Assembly (NCBI GenBank): GCA_963675745.2 | Contig: CAXXWX010000016.1 | Coordinates: 1 to 64,000 of the forward strand | Length of the DNA stretch: 64,000 nucleotides | Direction of reading: 5' to 3' | Origin: Phycisphaerae bacterium | GTDB lineage: Bacteria > Planctomycetota > Phycisphaerae > UBA1845 > Fen-1342 | Shown here: one piece after another, positions 46,832 to 56,822 of the stretch | Layout: each line of letters starts with the position of its first letter | How positions within the stretch are numbered: the first letter of the stretch is position 1 | Position numbers and translations under genes: made by a program | Notes under the pieces: generated by a model | Database searches by the model: none | What the model was told of the DNA's origin: nothing | What the model saw: only the letters and a program-made list of their open reading frames with translations

Positions 46832-49594
46832 ATGTCGTCGGTATGCCGCGGACTTACGTTGGCGCTCATCGCCACGCTGGTAATCGGGGGGTGTCGGGGA
46901 CAGTCGCCCGCGGGGTCGCGCGGCGGTCTTGAGAACAAGCTGGCGCAGTCGCACGCGTGCAGGCCCAGCCAGCGTCAGCTTGAATCCGCGCGCGCAACGC
47001 TCGAGACGAAGTACGCCAAGCTCGAGCGCGAGGGCCCCAAGCGTTTTGATCAGCCGCAGGAAGCACAGGAGTTTTATCTGCGTCAACGGCTACCGGCCGG
47101 CCGGACCGATCTGCCGCTCGAACATCTGCAAAGCGAGCTCGTCGCCCTCCAACGCCGGGAAGCGATCCAGGCGGAATCACCGGCGCGCGACGGGCTTCCC
47201 GGCGGCATAATCGGCTGGAACTCGATCGGCCCCGGCAACATCGGCGGCCGCAGCCGCACCATCGTCATCGACCCGACGGACACCAGCACCATGTACGCGG
47301 CCGGCGTCACCGGCGGAATCTGGAAGAGCAACGACGGCGGCGCCAACTGGCAGATCAGCGGCGACCTGCTCCCCAACATGGCGGTCTCGACAATCGTCAT
47401 GGACCCCACCGACCCCAACATCCTCTACGCGGGAACCGGCGAGGGTTTCTTCGCCAACTGGGCCAAGCACCGCGGGCTCGGCATCTACAAGACGATCGAC
47501 GCCGGCGGATCGTGGGATCTGTTGGCCGGCACCGTCACTGGTGTGCCCGAGGGCGCGTTCTATTTTGTTAACAAGCTCGCCATCAGCCCGAATGACCCCA
47601 ACCGCATCTACGCCGCGACCATAACCGGCATCTGGCGCAGCACGGACGCCGGGCAAAGCTGGTCCGTTATTCTGCGGAATCCCTGGATGCTGGCCGACCC
47701 GCCGGGCGTGCCTGCGACCAACGGCTGCTCTGTCGGGTGTACTGATCTGGCCGTGCGCAGCGATCGCGATCCGGATGTGCTGTTCGCCACCTTCGGCAGT
47801 TTCGGCAAGGACGGGCTCTACCGCAGCAATGATGGCGGCAATACCTGGATCCAGTACACGACCGGCGCCGAGCAGGGCCGCATGACGTTCGCCATCGCGC
47901 CCAGCGACAACGATCGCATGTACATCCTCATGGCCCAGAACAGCACCGCCAACCTCGGCAAGCTCTACAGCGTGTTTCGTTCGGATGACGGGGGTGACTC
48001 GTGGTATTCCTCGCTCGACTTTGGACACCCCTTTAGCGAGTGGTTGCTGAGCTACGTGGCGATCGCCACCGGCTGCTATGAACACCCTGCCATCTACTCC
48101 CAGGGCTGGTATGACAACATCATCGCCGTTGACCCGCTCAATCCCAACATAGTCTGGGTCGGCGGCATCGACATGTATCGCTCGGATGACGGCGCGCAGA
48201 CCTTTGGCCTGTCCGACTATTGGTTCTATCCCATGGCCGATCCGCCCGTGCCCACCTATCTGCACGTCGACCAGCACATGGTGGTCTTTGACCCGGACTA
48301 CAACGGCACGACCAACCAGACCATGTACGTGGGTAATGACGGCGGTTTGTGGCGCACGCTCAACGCCCGCGCCGCCACCACGCAGGAAGAGTGTCCCATC
48401 GGCCCCGATCCCGGCCCGCCGCCTGAAATCGTCTGGGAAAGCGTCAACAACAGCTATGGCGTAACGCAGTTCTATCACGGCGATGCCGCCCGCGACACCG
48501 ACATGTTCGTCGGCGGCGCGCAGGACAACGGGTCGAGCCGCGTCCTGGCCGCTGATACGCCTAACGACTGGGAGATGATCCACGGCGGTGACGGCGGCTA
48601 TGTCGCCATCGATCCCACCAACAGCCAACGGATGTTCATCGAGATTCAGGGCTTTCCGGAAATCCAGGTCTCCTACGATGGCGGTGAGACATTCACACTC
48701 TCCGTCGACGGCATCACCGATACGGACGGCCTGTTCATCACGCCGTTCGCCATGGACCAGGCCGACCCCGATGTGCTCTGGACCGGCGGCCGGCGACCGT
48801 GGCGTACAACCAACGGGGCACAGCTCTGGGAGGTGGCCGGCCCCGATCTCAGTGGGCCGGAGACAATTTCGGCCATCGCGATCGCGCCGTCTGACAGCAA
48901 CGTGGTCTATCTCGGGTTTGAAAACGGCTACATCGCCCGCACAACGAACGCCCTTGATCCGTCGCCCGGCTGGACGGTCTTCACGGATGGGCTGTATGGC
49001 GCGTGGGTCAGCAGCATCGCCGTCGATCCCACTGACGCCGATATCGCATATTGCACCTACTCGACCTACGGCAGCGCGCACGCGCTGCAAAGTACGAACG
49101 GCGGTTCGAGCTGGACGGTGATCGACGGCAGCGGCGCGACCGGCCTGCCCGACATTCCGGCCCACTGGATCGCCGTCCGCCCCTGTAACCCACAGCAGCT
49201 TTATGTTGGTACCGAACTGGGTGTGTTCGTCAGCGACGACCAGGGCGCCAACTGGACGCCGGTCAATACGGGCCTTGCGCACACGATCGTTGAAACGCTC
49301 GATTTCCAGGACAACAACACGCTGGTCGCGTTCACGCACGGACGCGGCGCATTCACCGCCGCCCTGGAACCCTGCCCATGCGAGATCCGCGACGGCGACT
49401 TCGACCGGGATGAGGATGTTGACGCGACCGATTTCGCGGTCTTAGCCGGTTGCCTGGCCGGCCCGGAGATCAGCGTTCCACCGCCGGCTTGCGACGCGTG
49501 CGATTTCTCAAACGCCGACCTGGATGCCGATGGCGATGTCGATCTGGTGGATACCAGCGCGTTCCAGTCCGTTTTCACCGGCCCCTTGGAGTAG
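46832..49594 (+). CDS. Secreted BNR/Asp-box (VPS10/GH74-like) beta-propeller protein with dockerin-like C-terminus
   Basis: IGPGNIGGR, repeated S.DGG..W Asp boxes, HVDQH, GGAQDNG, GGDGG, GDFDRDEDVD / ADLDADGDVD tail. Confidence 0.85.
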   Translation: MSSVCRGLTLALIATLVIGGCRGQSPAGSRGGLENKLAQSHACRPSQRQLESARATLETKYAKLEREGPKRFDQPQEAQEFYLRQRLPAGRTDLPLEHLQSELVALQRREAIQAESPARDGLPGGIIGWNSIGPGNIGGRSRTIVIDPTDTSTMYAAGVTGGIWKSNDGGANWQISGDLLPNMAVSTIVMDPTDPNILYAGTGEGFFANWAKHRGLGIYKTIDAGGSWDLLAGTVTGVPEGAFYFVNKLAISPNDPNRIYAATITGIWRSTDAGQSWSVILRNPWMLADPPGVPATNGCSVGCTDLAVRSDRDPDVLFATFGSFGKDGLYRSNDGGNTWIQYTTGAEQGRMTFAIAPSDNDRMYILMAQNSTANLGKLYSVFRSDDGGDSWYSSLDFGHPFSEWLLSYVAIATGCYEHPAIYSQGWYDNIIAVDPLNPNIVWVGGIDMYRSDDGAQTFGLSDYWFYPMADPPVPTYLHVDQHMVVFDPDYNGTTNQTMYVGNDGGLWRTLNARAATTQEECPIGPDPGPPPEIVWESVNNSYGVTQFYHGDAARDTDMFVGGAQDNGSSRVLAADTPNDWEMIHGGDGGYVAIDPTNSQRMFIEIQGFPEIQVSYDGGETFTLSVDGITDTDGLFITPFAMDQADPDVLWTGGRRPWRTTNGAQLWEVAGPDLSGPETISAIAIAPSDSNVVYLGFENGYIARTTNALDPSPGWTVFTDGLYGAWVSSIAVDPTDADIAYCTYSTYGSAHALQSTNGGSSWTVIDGSGATGLPDIPAHWIAVRPCNPQQLYVGTELGVFVSDDQGANWTPVNTGLAHTIVETLDFQDNNTLVAFTHGRGAFTAALEPCPCEIRDGDFDRDEDVDATDFAVLAGCLAGPEISVPPPACDACDFSNADLDADGDVDLVDTSAFQSVFTGPLE

Positions 49595-49634
49595 CTTGCG
49601 CGGCAAGTTTCGCAGCGCTCGACCTGCCCTACGA

Positions 49635-50678
49635 TTAACAAAGCCGACCGTGTTCGGCCAGACAGAAGCGATCGGTCATGCCGGCGATGTAATCCGCCGT
49701 CACGCGCTCAATACCCTGCTCGGCGACGCGACGACGGAAACGCGCGGGTAAGCGGTCAGGGTTGTCCACAAACACATCGAACAGATCGAGAATCGTCCGG
49801 CGGGCTCGGCGGTCGGCCTCGGCAACGTGTTTGTGACCGTACAGATGATCACGCAACACACCCTCCAAAGCCCCCAGGCTGGTGTCCGCTTCGGCGGAGA
49901 GTCGGACAAGCGGTGGATCGTCTGGTCTGCCATTCGCCCGCCTGATACGCACCTCGCTCACCACGTCTGCAATCAGCGCCTGCTGCATGCGCTCAATCGC
50001 CGGACGAAGATGCGCGCGCCAGCGGCCTTCGGTCGGCGTCGGTCCCCGATACGCCGCACGCCATAACTCCAACTCCGCCAACACTCGCGCATCAATCAGC
50101 CCCGCATAGAGGCCGTCCTGCAAGTCGTGCAGGCCGTAAGCCAGCCGGTCGGCGAGGTCGACAACCTCTGCCTCCGGCGGCGCCGGTGAACCGTCGCGGA
50201 GGGGGTGCGCGCCCGGGTGGTCGTACTGAGTGTGATGCTTGGCAAGGCATTCACGCACCACGCGTGTCAGATTCAGACCGCGAAACTCCGGGATGGGGTG
50301 CTCAAGCTGTTCGACCACACGCAGCGTGTGGGCATTATGTTCGAATCCCCCATGGGCATGCATGCACGTGTCCAACGCGCGTTCGCCCGCGTGGCCGAAT
50401 GGCGTGTGCCCCAGATCATGCGCCAGAGCCGTGACCTCGGCGATCTCTGACGACAGTTCGAGCTCGGCCGCCAGCACCCGTGCAATATGCGCGACCTCCA
50501 GCGTGTGCGTCAGGCGTGTGCGGTGATGGTCGGCGTCGAGCGCAATAAACACCTGCGTCTTGTGCTGAAGCCGCCGAAAGGCCGCCGAGTGTACCACGCG
50601 CTGGCGGTCCAGGACCAATGGCGGCAGTGCCCCGTCAAGCGGGTCGGTGTGAGCTCGGGTCAGGTTTGGAGCGGGCAT
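49635..50678 (-). CDS. dgt: dNTP triphosphohydrolase (dGTPase-like, HD domain)
   Basis: HSAAFRRLQHKTQVF, RTRLTH, AHDLGHTPFGHAGE, FEHN, DYIAGMTD. Confidence 0.92.
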   Translation of the reverse strand: MPAPNLTRAHTDPLDGALPPLVLDRQRVVHSAAFRRLQHKTQVFIALDADHHRTRLTHTLEVAHIARVLAAELELSSEIAEVTALAHDLGHTPFGHAGERALDTCMHAHGGFEHNAHTLRVVEQLEHPIPEFRGLNLTRVVRECLAKHHTQYDHPGAHPLRDGSPAPPEAEVVDLADRLAYGLHDLQDGLYAGLIDARVLAELELWRAAYRGPTPTEGRWRAHLRPAIERMQQALIADVVSEVRIRRANGRPDDPPLVRLSAEADTSLGALEGVLRDHLYGHKHVAEADRRARRTILDLFDVFVDNPDRLPARFRRRVAEQGIERVTADYIAGMTDRFCLAEHGRLC

Positions 50679-50898
50679 CTGGGGGCGTCAAGATCCAGAG
50701 TTTAGGGCCTCGGCTTGGCATTTCGGCGGCAGCTCGCCGCCTGCGCCGGGTCCGGTTCGTTCGGTGCCGTCGAGTTACCGATTGTACACTTTCGACAACG
50801 GCTCTAATGTATTGAAGCCTAGCACGCGAGCCGGACCGCGTCAATGTGCGGTTCGGTATTTGTTCGGATTCGGCGCCTGGCGCCATCGAGGAGTGTCC

Positions 50899-53115
50899 AT
50901 GGCCTTGACAGCAAACGTCCAGCAGAAAGACGGTCGCCCGGTGCTGATGATCAACGATCAGCCCACGACCGAGTTCTGGTGCTATAGCGATCCCAACGCG
51001 ATTGCCGATTTTGCCGCCGGAGATATTTGTATCTGCCAGTTCCCGGTTCCGGCGCCGTCCTGGTGGCGCGGCGTCGGTGAATATGACTTTGAGCTGACGC
51101 GGCGGAAGATGGACGAGTTTCTCGCCGCCGCGCCGGACCTGCTCCTGATGCCGCGTGTCGGCTTTGGTCACACGGGCGAGAGTTGGTGGAGCGCCGCACA
51201 CCCCGACCATTTGTCCGTCGGCTGCGACCTTGACGAGCAGCCGGTTGACTACGCCACCGCCCGGGCGAAGCCCGCCGACTGCTGGCAATCCACCGGCTCG
51301 CAGCGCTGGACGGATGAGGCCGCTGAGGCGATGGCGGCGTTCGTCACCGATTGCGAACAACACTACGCCGACAAAGTCGTCGGCTACCACATCGGCGGCG
51401 GCATCTCAACCGAGTGGTTTCGCTGGTGGGCTTTCGTCGAAGACGTCTACGAAGACTACTCCCCTGCGGCGCGCGACGCCTTTCGCGCGTTTCTGAAAAA
51501 CCGCTACGGCGATGACGCGGCGTTACGGGACGCGTGGGGACGCACGGATGTCACGCTCGCTGACGCGGTGGTGCCTTCACCACGGCGTCTGCACACGCCG
51601 CTGTTGGGCTTCTTCCGCGATCCGCGCCGCGAGCGTGATGTGCTCGACTGGCTGGAGTATTTCAACCAGGCCAACGCAACCCAGCTACTCACGTTGGCCG
51701 ACGCCGCCAAGCGCGCTTGCGGCGGCAAGAAGCTGGTCGGCGCGTTCTTCGGCTACCTGTGGGGCCACTGGAACACGCGCAACCCGGCGCGGCAGGGGCA
51801 TCTCGACCTGCGACGTGTATTGAACAGCGACTCAATCGACTTCATCAGCTCGCCCTACCACTACGACAACCGGCACAACGGCGGTTTCCATCATTCGCAG
51901 ACCGTCCCACAGGCGATCGAGCGGGCGGGCAAGCTGCACCTTGACGAGATCGACACGCCGACCCACCTGACGGACGCCGCGGCATGGTTTGGCATACCCA
52001 CACACTTGCCCAGAAGCCTGAGCGCGAGTTGCAAGCTGCTCAGGCGCGACGCGGCGGCCATTCTTGGAACAGCGGGCAGTGCCTGGTGGATGGATCTGTA
52101 CCACAGCCGCTGGTATGGCGACGCCGGCTTGCACGACGAGCTGCGCGACTTGCAGCAGCTCGCGCGCCAGGTGTGTGACTGGAAGAGTGAGTCGCACGCC
52201 GACGTGGCCCTGGTGATCGATGACCGCAGCTACGCCTACGGCGATCTGCACGGCCCGCTCAATCAGTACTTTGCGGCACTGCCGCGGCAATTCGAATGGA
52301 GCGCGCTGGGATTCCCGATCGACACGCTGTTGCTGTCTGAGCTAACCGCCCTGCGGCCGTACAAGCTCTACGTGTTCCTGAATTGCTGGTGCGTTGAGAC
52401 GGCCCAGCGGCAGGCGATACATGAGCGTGTGCGGAAGAACGGCATGAACTCGCTGTGGTTCTACGGCGCCGGATACACCGACGGCGTGCGGTGTGACGAC
52501 GAACTGGTCAGCGAACTCGTCGGGATCGACGTCTACAGTGAGGCGGATGCCGCCGTGCCGGAAATCAAGCTGCATGACAGCGGACACCCGCTGATAGAGC
52601 AATCGCTGACCACGCCGCGCGGCGCGACACAATTCGGCGCACGACTGACGAAGGCGCAGCAGAGCGGGCTCAATTGCGGAAACCCGCAGGCCTGGGATAC
52701 GACCGCGTCGCCGATCTTTATCGTTGACGATGGCGGCGCCACCGTGCTGGGCAGCTATCTGCACGACGGCAGCCCAGGGATGGCGGTGCGTGAGCAGGAC
52801 GGGTGGTGCAGCGTGTACTGCGGGGCGCCGATGTTGCCCGGCTGGATGCTGCGCCGCGTGGCGGAATGTGCCGGCGCTCACATGTACGCGCCGCTGGGGT
52901 TCCAGGTCTGGCAGCGTGGGCCGCTGGTGGCGGTCTATAAGCCTGGTGACGCCGGCGAAGTCACGCTGTCAGCGCCAATCGGGCAAACGTTGACTCCGAT
53001 AGTCCCAAAGGGCTCCGCGCGGCACTGGCGGCCGGATACCGCGATCAGGCCCGGTCCGCAGATAGAGCTGGAATTCGTCAGTGGAGAGACAAAGTTCTTC
53101 CGAACCGGTGCGTGA
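50899..53115 (+). CDS. GH42-like beta-galactosidase / glycoside hydrolase
   Basis: GYHIGGG..TEW, DYS..A..AFRAFLK.RY....L..AW, DFISSP..Y, EID..T; GAGGAG SD. Confidence 0.7.
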   Translation: MALTANVQQKDGRPVLMINDQPTTEFWCYSDPNAIADFAAGDICICQFPVPAPSWWRGVGEYDFELTRRKMDEFLAAAPDLLLMPRVGFGHTGESWWSAAHPDHLSVGCDLDEQPVDYATARAKPADCWQSTGSQRWTDEAAEAMAAFVTDCEQHYADKVVGYHIGGGISTEWFRWWAFVEDVYEDYSPAARDAFRAFLKNRYGDDAALRDAWGRTDVTLADAVVPSPRRLHTPLLGFFRDPRRERDVLDWLEYFNQANATQLLTLADAAKRACGGKKLVGAFFGYLWGHWNTRNPARQGHLDLRRVLNSDSIDFISSPYHYDNRHNGGFHHSQTVPQAIERAGKLHLDEIDTPTHLTDAAAWFGIPTHLPRSLSASCKLLRRDAAAILGTAGSAWWMDLYHSRWYGDAGLHDELRDLQQLARQVCDWKSESHADVALVIDDRSYAYGDLHGPLNQYFAALPRQFEWSALGFPIDTLLLSELTALRPYKLYVFLNCWCVETAQRQAIHERVRKNGMNSLWFYGAGYTDGVRCDDELVSELVGIDVYSEADAAVPEIKLHDSGHPLIEQSLTTPRGATQFGARLTKAQQSGLNCGNPQAWDTTASPIFIVDDGGATVLGSYLHDGSPGMAVREQDGWCSVYCGAPMLPGWMLRRVAECAGAHMYAPLGFQVWQRGPLVAVYKPGDAGEVTLSAPIGQTLTPIVPKGSARHWRPDTAIRPGPQIELEFVSGETKFFRTGA

Positions 53116-53156
53116 AGGCCGGATGTAGGGTAGGTCGAGTGCAGCGCGACCTGCCG

Positions 53157-54182
53157 TCACACGCCGCCGAACGCACGCGCCGCCGCTTCGACGTTGCGCG
53201 CGCCGATGATCGCGGAACAGACCGCAACGCAGCTTGCGCCACCCGCCAGCAGCGCCCCGGCGTTTTCGGCGTCAATCCCGCCAATAGCCACCAGCGGTAA
53301 TTCCGTTCTCTCGCGCGCATGCGCCAACAGCTCAGGGCCGGCGACGTGGCCTTGTGGCTTGGTGCTGGTCGGATACATCGGCCCGACGGCGATGTAGTCC
53401 GGCTGTTCGACCAGGGCCGCGGCGAATTGCTCAGGGTTGTGCGTGCTCTTGCCGACCAGCATCTGGGCCCCCGCGACTCGGCGGGCCTCGGCCACGCCGA
53501 GGTCACCCTGGCCGACGTGTACGCCATCGGCGCCTGCCAGGCGCGCGATGTCCGGTCGATCGTTGATCATGCACAAAGCATCGTATTGGGTCGCGAGTTC
53601 GCGCAGTTGTCGCGCGCGGCGTAGAAGTTCCCCGTCGGGCAGCGATTTTTCGCGTAGCTGCACGCACGTCGCCCCGCCGCGCAGTGCCGCCTCGGCGGCG
53701 GCCGGCCACTCGGCGCTGCACAGGTCGGCGGTGACCAGCACATACAGACGTACGTTGCGGAGACGCGCGCGAATGTCGCCGCGCAGGATGACGCGCTGCT
53801 CCAGCTCGTACGTGTCGTAGCGGATCTCTTCGGCCAGGGCGGCGGCCTGTGCCGACACGAGCTTGGCATACTCGCCCAGCACGCGCGTAGCTTCCTGGGC
53901 CCGGGCAAACGCCGCGCGCACGACGTCCGCGCTCGCAGCGCGCTCCAGCTCGCCGCCGGTCTTGATGGTTGTGCCGACGTCGTTGGTGATATCGCGCGCG
54001 GCCAGCAGCGCGTCGCCGCCCACAAGCTCGACAATTCTCCGCAACCTGTGACGGCAGTGCTTCACGGCCGCGGCCGCATCCGCATCATCGCACTCGAAGC
54101 GCGCATAGTCCTCAATGACGCGCAGAGCTTCGCGCGCGCGGTTGACGTTCGCGTCAAGAATCCGTGTGACCGCCGTGTCCAT
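53157..54182 (-). CDS. thiE: Thiamine-phosphate synthase, long form with N-terminal helical domain
   Basis: RILDANVNRAREALRVIED N-domain; VQLREK, INDRPD, GVHVGQ, STH, VAIGGI. Confidence 0.93.
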   Translation of the reverse strand: MDTAVTRILDANVNRAREALRVIEDYARFECDDADAAAAVKHCRHRLRRIVELVGGDALLAARDITNDVGTTIKTGGELERAASADVVRAAFARAQEATRVLGEYAKLVSAQAAALAEEIRYDTYELEQRVILRGDIRARLRNVRLYVLVTADLCSAEWPAAAEAALRGGATCVQLREKSLPDGELLRRARQLRELATQYDALCMINDRPDIARLAGADGVHVGQGDLGVAEARRVAGAQMLVGKSTHNPEQFAAALVEQPDYIAVGPMYPTSTKPQGHVAGPELLAHARERTELPLVAIGGIDAENAGALLAGGASCVAVCSAIIGARNVEAAARAFGGV

Positions 54183-54317
54183 CTGTGCTCCGCGTTGACC
54201 TGACAGGACGCCATTGTACCGCACTGTGCAGAATGCGTGACCGGATGCACTGCGGGGGAGGTGCGGGCTGTGGCGGTCGCGGGTCTGACACCCAGCCCCC
54301 TCAGTTCCAGGAGATCC

Positions 54318-54378
54318 GCTCTGTGAGCCGTGCTGCCGCGCGGGTGGAAGAGCACGGCTCACAGAGCCGTGGCACACC
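54318..54378. repeat. Inverted pair of the CACGGCTCTGTGAGCCGTG REP-like palindrome
   Basis: GCTCTGTGAGCCGTGCT (54318-54334) and AGCACGGCTCACAGAGCCGTGGCACACC (54351-54378). Confidence 0.8.
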
Positions 54379-54395
54379 CACATCAGGACAGCGTA

Positions 54396-54881
54396 CTACG
54401 GGATGTCCCAGGCCCAGTGAGCACCGTGGATGTAGAGGCGGTCGACAAGCTGTGCCAGCGACACGACCACCGGGATCAGTGTGATCGCGACGGCCCATTC
54501 CGCCAGCCGCCGTCCGACGCGGTCGCGCGCGCGCCCCACCGCTTCGCAGATGAGAATCACCAGCAAAACCAACGTGAACTTGTAGACCACCATCCCGGGC
54601 AGGTTGTAGCGTTCGATGATCACCGCCGCCATCGGGTTCACCTCGGCCCCGCCGAAGTGCAGCACGATCCAGGTGATCATGATATCCAGCGAGGCGAACA
54701 GCACGTACCACACGTAGAGCTTCGGGTAGAGCATCGCCCGGCTGAAGATCGAGCGCGGCTCGGGCAGGACGAACGGCTCGGACTGCGCCGAGTCGTTTGC
54801 ATGGCGCACACTCGCCCGCCGCTCGCCGACGTGCTCCGGCGAGGATGCGTGCTGAGCGCAAGCCGAGCTATTCTCCTCCAT
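54396..54881 (-). CDS. DUF5658-like small membrane protein
   Basis: LDIMITW...GG.EVNP.A...YKF pattern; start uncertain. Confidence 0.65.
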   Translation of the reverse strand: MEENSSACAQHASSPEHVGERRASVRHANDSAQSEPFVLPEPRSIFSRAMLYPKLYVWYVLFASLDIMITWIVLHFGGAEVNPMAAVIIERYNLPGMVVYKFTLVLLVILICEAVGRARDRVGRRLAEWAVAITLIPVVVSLAQLVDRLYIHGAHWAWDIP

Positions 54882-55108
54882 AACCGGCCGCCGTGATACG
54901 GGCCCGATGGGTCGCGCGGCCCAGGCGGCAGACCACACGGCCGCGCGCCGGTGCGCAGCGTCCAACAACGCCCCATCTGTGCCGCAATATTCTATCGGCA
55001 GACGCGGCGGATCGGGATGGGAAAAGCGGAGGCAACCAGGCAACCAGGCAACAAGGCAACGAGGGGGCGGGGCCGCCGCACCGTGTGAGGCATCGCGCCG
55101 GGCTCCCT

Positions 55109-55257
55109 GGTAGGCTTCAGCCGACCTGTCGCTGCCACCAACGTCAGCTGGTGGGTGTTGAGATATTCCGGTTTCAGCCCTCAAGCAGCCGGGGCAGGTG
55201 CCGGCCGCGAACCGCCAGTTGAAACTGGTGGCAAGGGCCGGTCGGCTGAAGCCGACC
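55109..55257. repeat. Second, shorter copy of the nested TTCA/TGAA inverted-repeat element
   Basis: GGTAGGCTTCAGCCGACC ... CCACCAACGTCAGCTGGTGG ... CAGTTGAAACTGGTGGCAA ... GGTCGGCTGAAGCCGACC. Confidence 0.85.
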
Positions 55258-55426
55258 AACAGCCCCCCCCGCGTGGCGCCACGCGGCCGTGTGCAGCATT
55301 ACAGTCTTACGGCGACCAGCCCTCTGCGGCGCGCGTGTCATTAACCATGGAACACGTGACGACTCGTGTTCGGCTTGTGGCTTGGGCGCGCGCCGGCTAA
55401 GATCGAACGTTCTTGATCGGTATTCA

Positions 55427-55522
55427 GGGAGTGTCCGGACGCCTGGTGGGTCCCGCGGCCTTCAAAGCCGTTGAGGGGTTGTACAACCAGCCCCTGGTGG
55501 GTTCGATTCCCATCCACTCCCG
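55427..55522 (+). tRNA. selC: tRNA-Sec (anticodon UCA)
   Basis: Acceptor GGGAGTG/CACTCCC with G discriminator; extended D-stem with TGGT loop; GCGGC-CTTCAAA-GCCGT anticodon arm; long variable arm AGGGGTTG/CAGCCCCT; GTGGG-TTCGATT-CCCAT T-arm. CCA is not encoded. Confidence 0.92.
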
Positions 55523-55622
55523 TGAAGCGGTCAGCGATCGGCGGTTAGCCTTCAGCTTGCAATCGCCGTGGAGCTTGCGCTTTGCTGATCTTCCACGATC
55601 TCTCACGGCGTGTTCTGTGTCG

Positions 55623-56138
55623 ATGATCAAGACCATTTTCCTGCTTTGTGTATGGCTGGGCGCCGTATTCGTTGCAGTCTGCGAGTTCGCCGTTCCGGCT
55701 CTCACTCCTGGTCGCGTGAACTGGGTGGCGGCAATGATCGGAGTCGCCTGTCTGCTGGCGGGGCCATGGCTTCATGGACACCGATGCGCCTGGCGCCCCC
55801 TGTTCTTTGTGTATGGATGCTTGGGAGGGCTGCTGTTTATTCCGCTCTTCTACCCCAACGCGCGGGACTTTCTTGGCCAGGCGGCGAATTGCAGTCCTAC
55901 TCAAAGAGCGGAAGACTGGGGATTCGCGATCACATGCATAGTTGGCGTGGTGTTTGCAGGCATTGTCTGCCGTCTGCTGGCAGCAGTGAGCTATGCCCAA
56001 GGAGAGTCGCGCCAGAGAGCCCCCGGGCGTTGCCGGAAGTGCGGCTATCGGCTGTTCGGATTGCCGGAGCCTCGTTGCCCAGAGTGCGGCACGCCGTTTG
56101 ACGCCGGCAACGGAGATTCGACGCCGCGTCATCGCTGA
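55623..56138 (+). CDS. Membrane protein with a C-terminal zinc ribbon
   Basis: Four hydrophobic segments, then CRKCGYRLFGLPEPRCPECG. Confidence 0.75.
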   Translation: MIKTIFLLCVWLGAVFVAVCEFAVPALTPGRVNWVAAMIGVACLLAGPWLHGHRCAWRPLFFVYGCLGGLLFIPLFYPNARDFLGQAANCSPTQRAEDWGFAITCIVGVVFAGIVCRLLAAVSYAQGESRQRAPGRCRKCGYRLFGLPEPRCPECGTPFDAGNGDSTPRHR

Positions 56139-56256
56139 GGCCGTAAGAGCGTTGCGCGTGACCGCAGCCACCGGTCCGAAGCCGCCGTGGTCGCGGATAT
56201 TGCGCGGGTCGGCGATTGTCGGCTTGTGTCATGACCACGATCCGGCGTGGAGATGG

Positions 56257-56385
56257 ATGCTGATGATTGCCTACATCGGTCCCGGAGTTGGAATTTCTCT
56301 GCCTCTACCGCTGCTCGCCGGCGCGGGGGTGACACTGCTGGCGATCGCCGTCTGGCTGTTGGTGCGCTTCCGGCGGGATCACTAG
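56257..56385 (+). CDS. Small membrane peptide with an AYIGPG motif
   Basis: GGAG SD; MLMIAYIGPGVGISLPLPLLAGAGVTLLAIAVWLLVRFRRDH. Confidence 0.5.
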   Translation: MLMIAYIGPGVGISLPLPLLAGAGVTLLAIAVWLLVRFRRDH

Positions 56386-56710
56386 CGCGAAACGGGGCGG
56401 CCGATTGAGGGCTGGCCTGGGAACGGTTTTGTTTTCGCACGCGCCAACGCTACAATAACCAATGGTCTCTCCGGGAAGAGGGAGCAAGCATCTCAGGTTT
56501 TACCGGCGGTTCTCGCGATCGGGGATCGCCGGGCCGGTTGGCGACTCGCCGGTCGGTGCAGCATCGGGAAGGAGTGCCGCCGTAGCCGGCGACGTTCGGG
56601 CGTTTCCGGCCGCGGTTCTGTGGTTGTCGGGATAGTCGGTCCGGGTTCTGGACCGAGGGCGGGATATTCAGGGAAGAGACCTCGTCGTCAGTCCAGGCGG
56701 GCGCTGCGCC

Positions 56711-56736
56711 TCAAGGTCATCCGGGCGGACACCGAT
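56711..56736 (+). promoter_or_regulatory. Possible sigma28-like promoter for the sugar-modification operon
   Basis: TCAAG-N15-ACCGAT, 86 bp before the ATG at 56823. Confidence 0.3.
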
Positions 56737-56822
56737 CGATAGGTGAGAGGGTACAAGGGCGCGATAATACCAGTGCGCCACCCCGTTCAGGTGTTCAATC
56801 TGCCGTCCTGACGAGGAAAAAC

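Noticed and set aside
55413..55622. N-terminal extension of the 55413-56138 ORF
   Set aside because: It overlaps tRNA-Sec; the real start is more likely the ATG at 55623.
56460..56500. Glycine-riboswitch-like words (GGAGCAAG...TCTCAGG)
   Set aside because: The GGAGA...CCGAAG core and P2/P3 stems are missing, and the downstream genes are unrelated to glycine metabolism.
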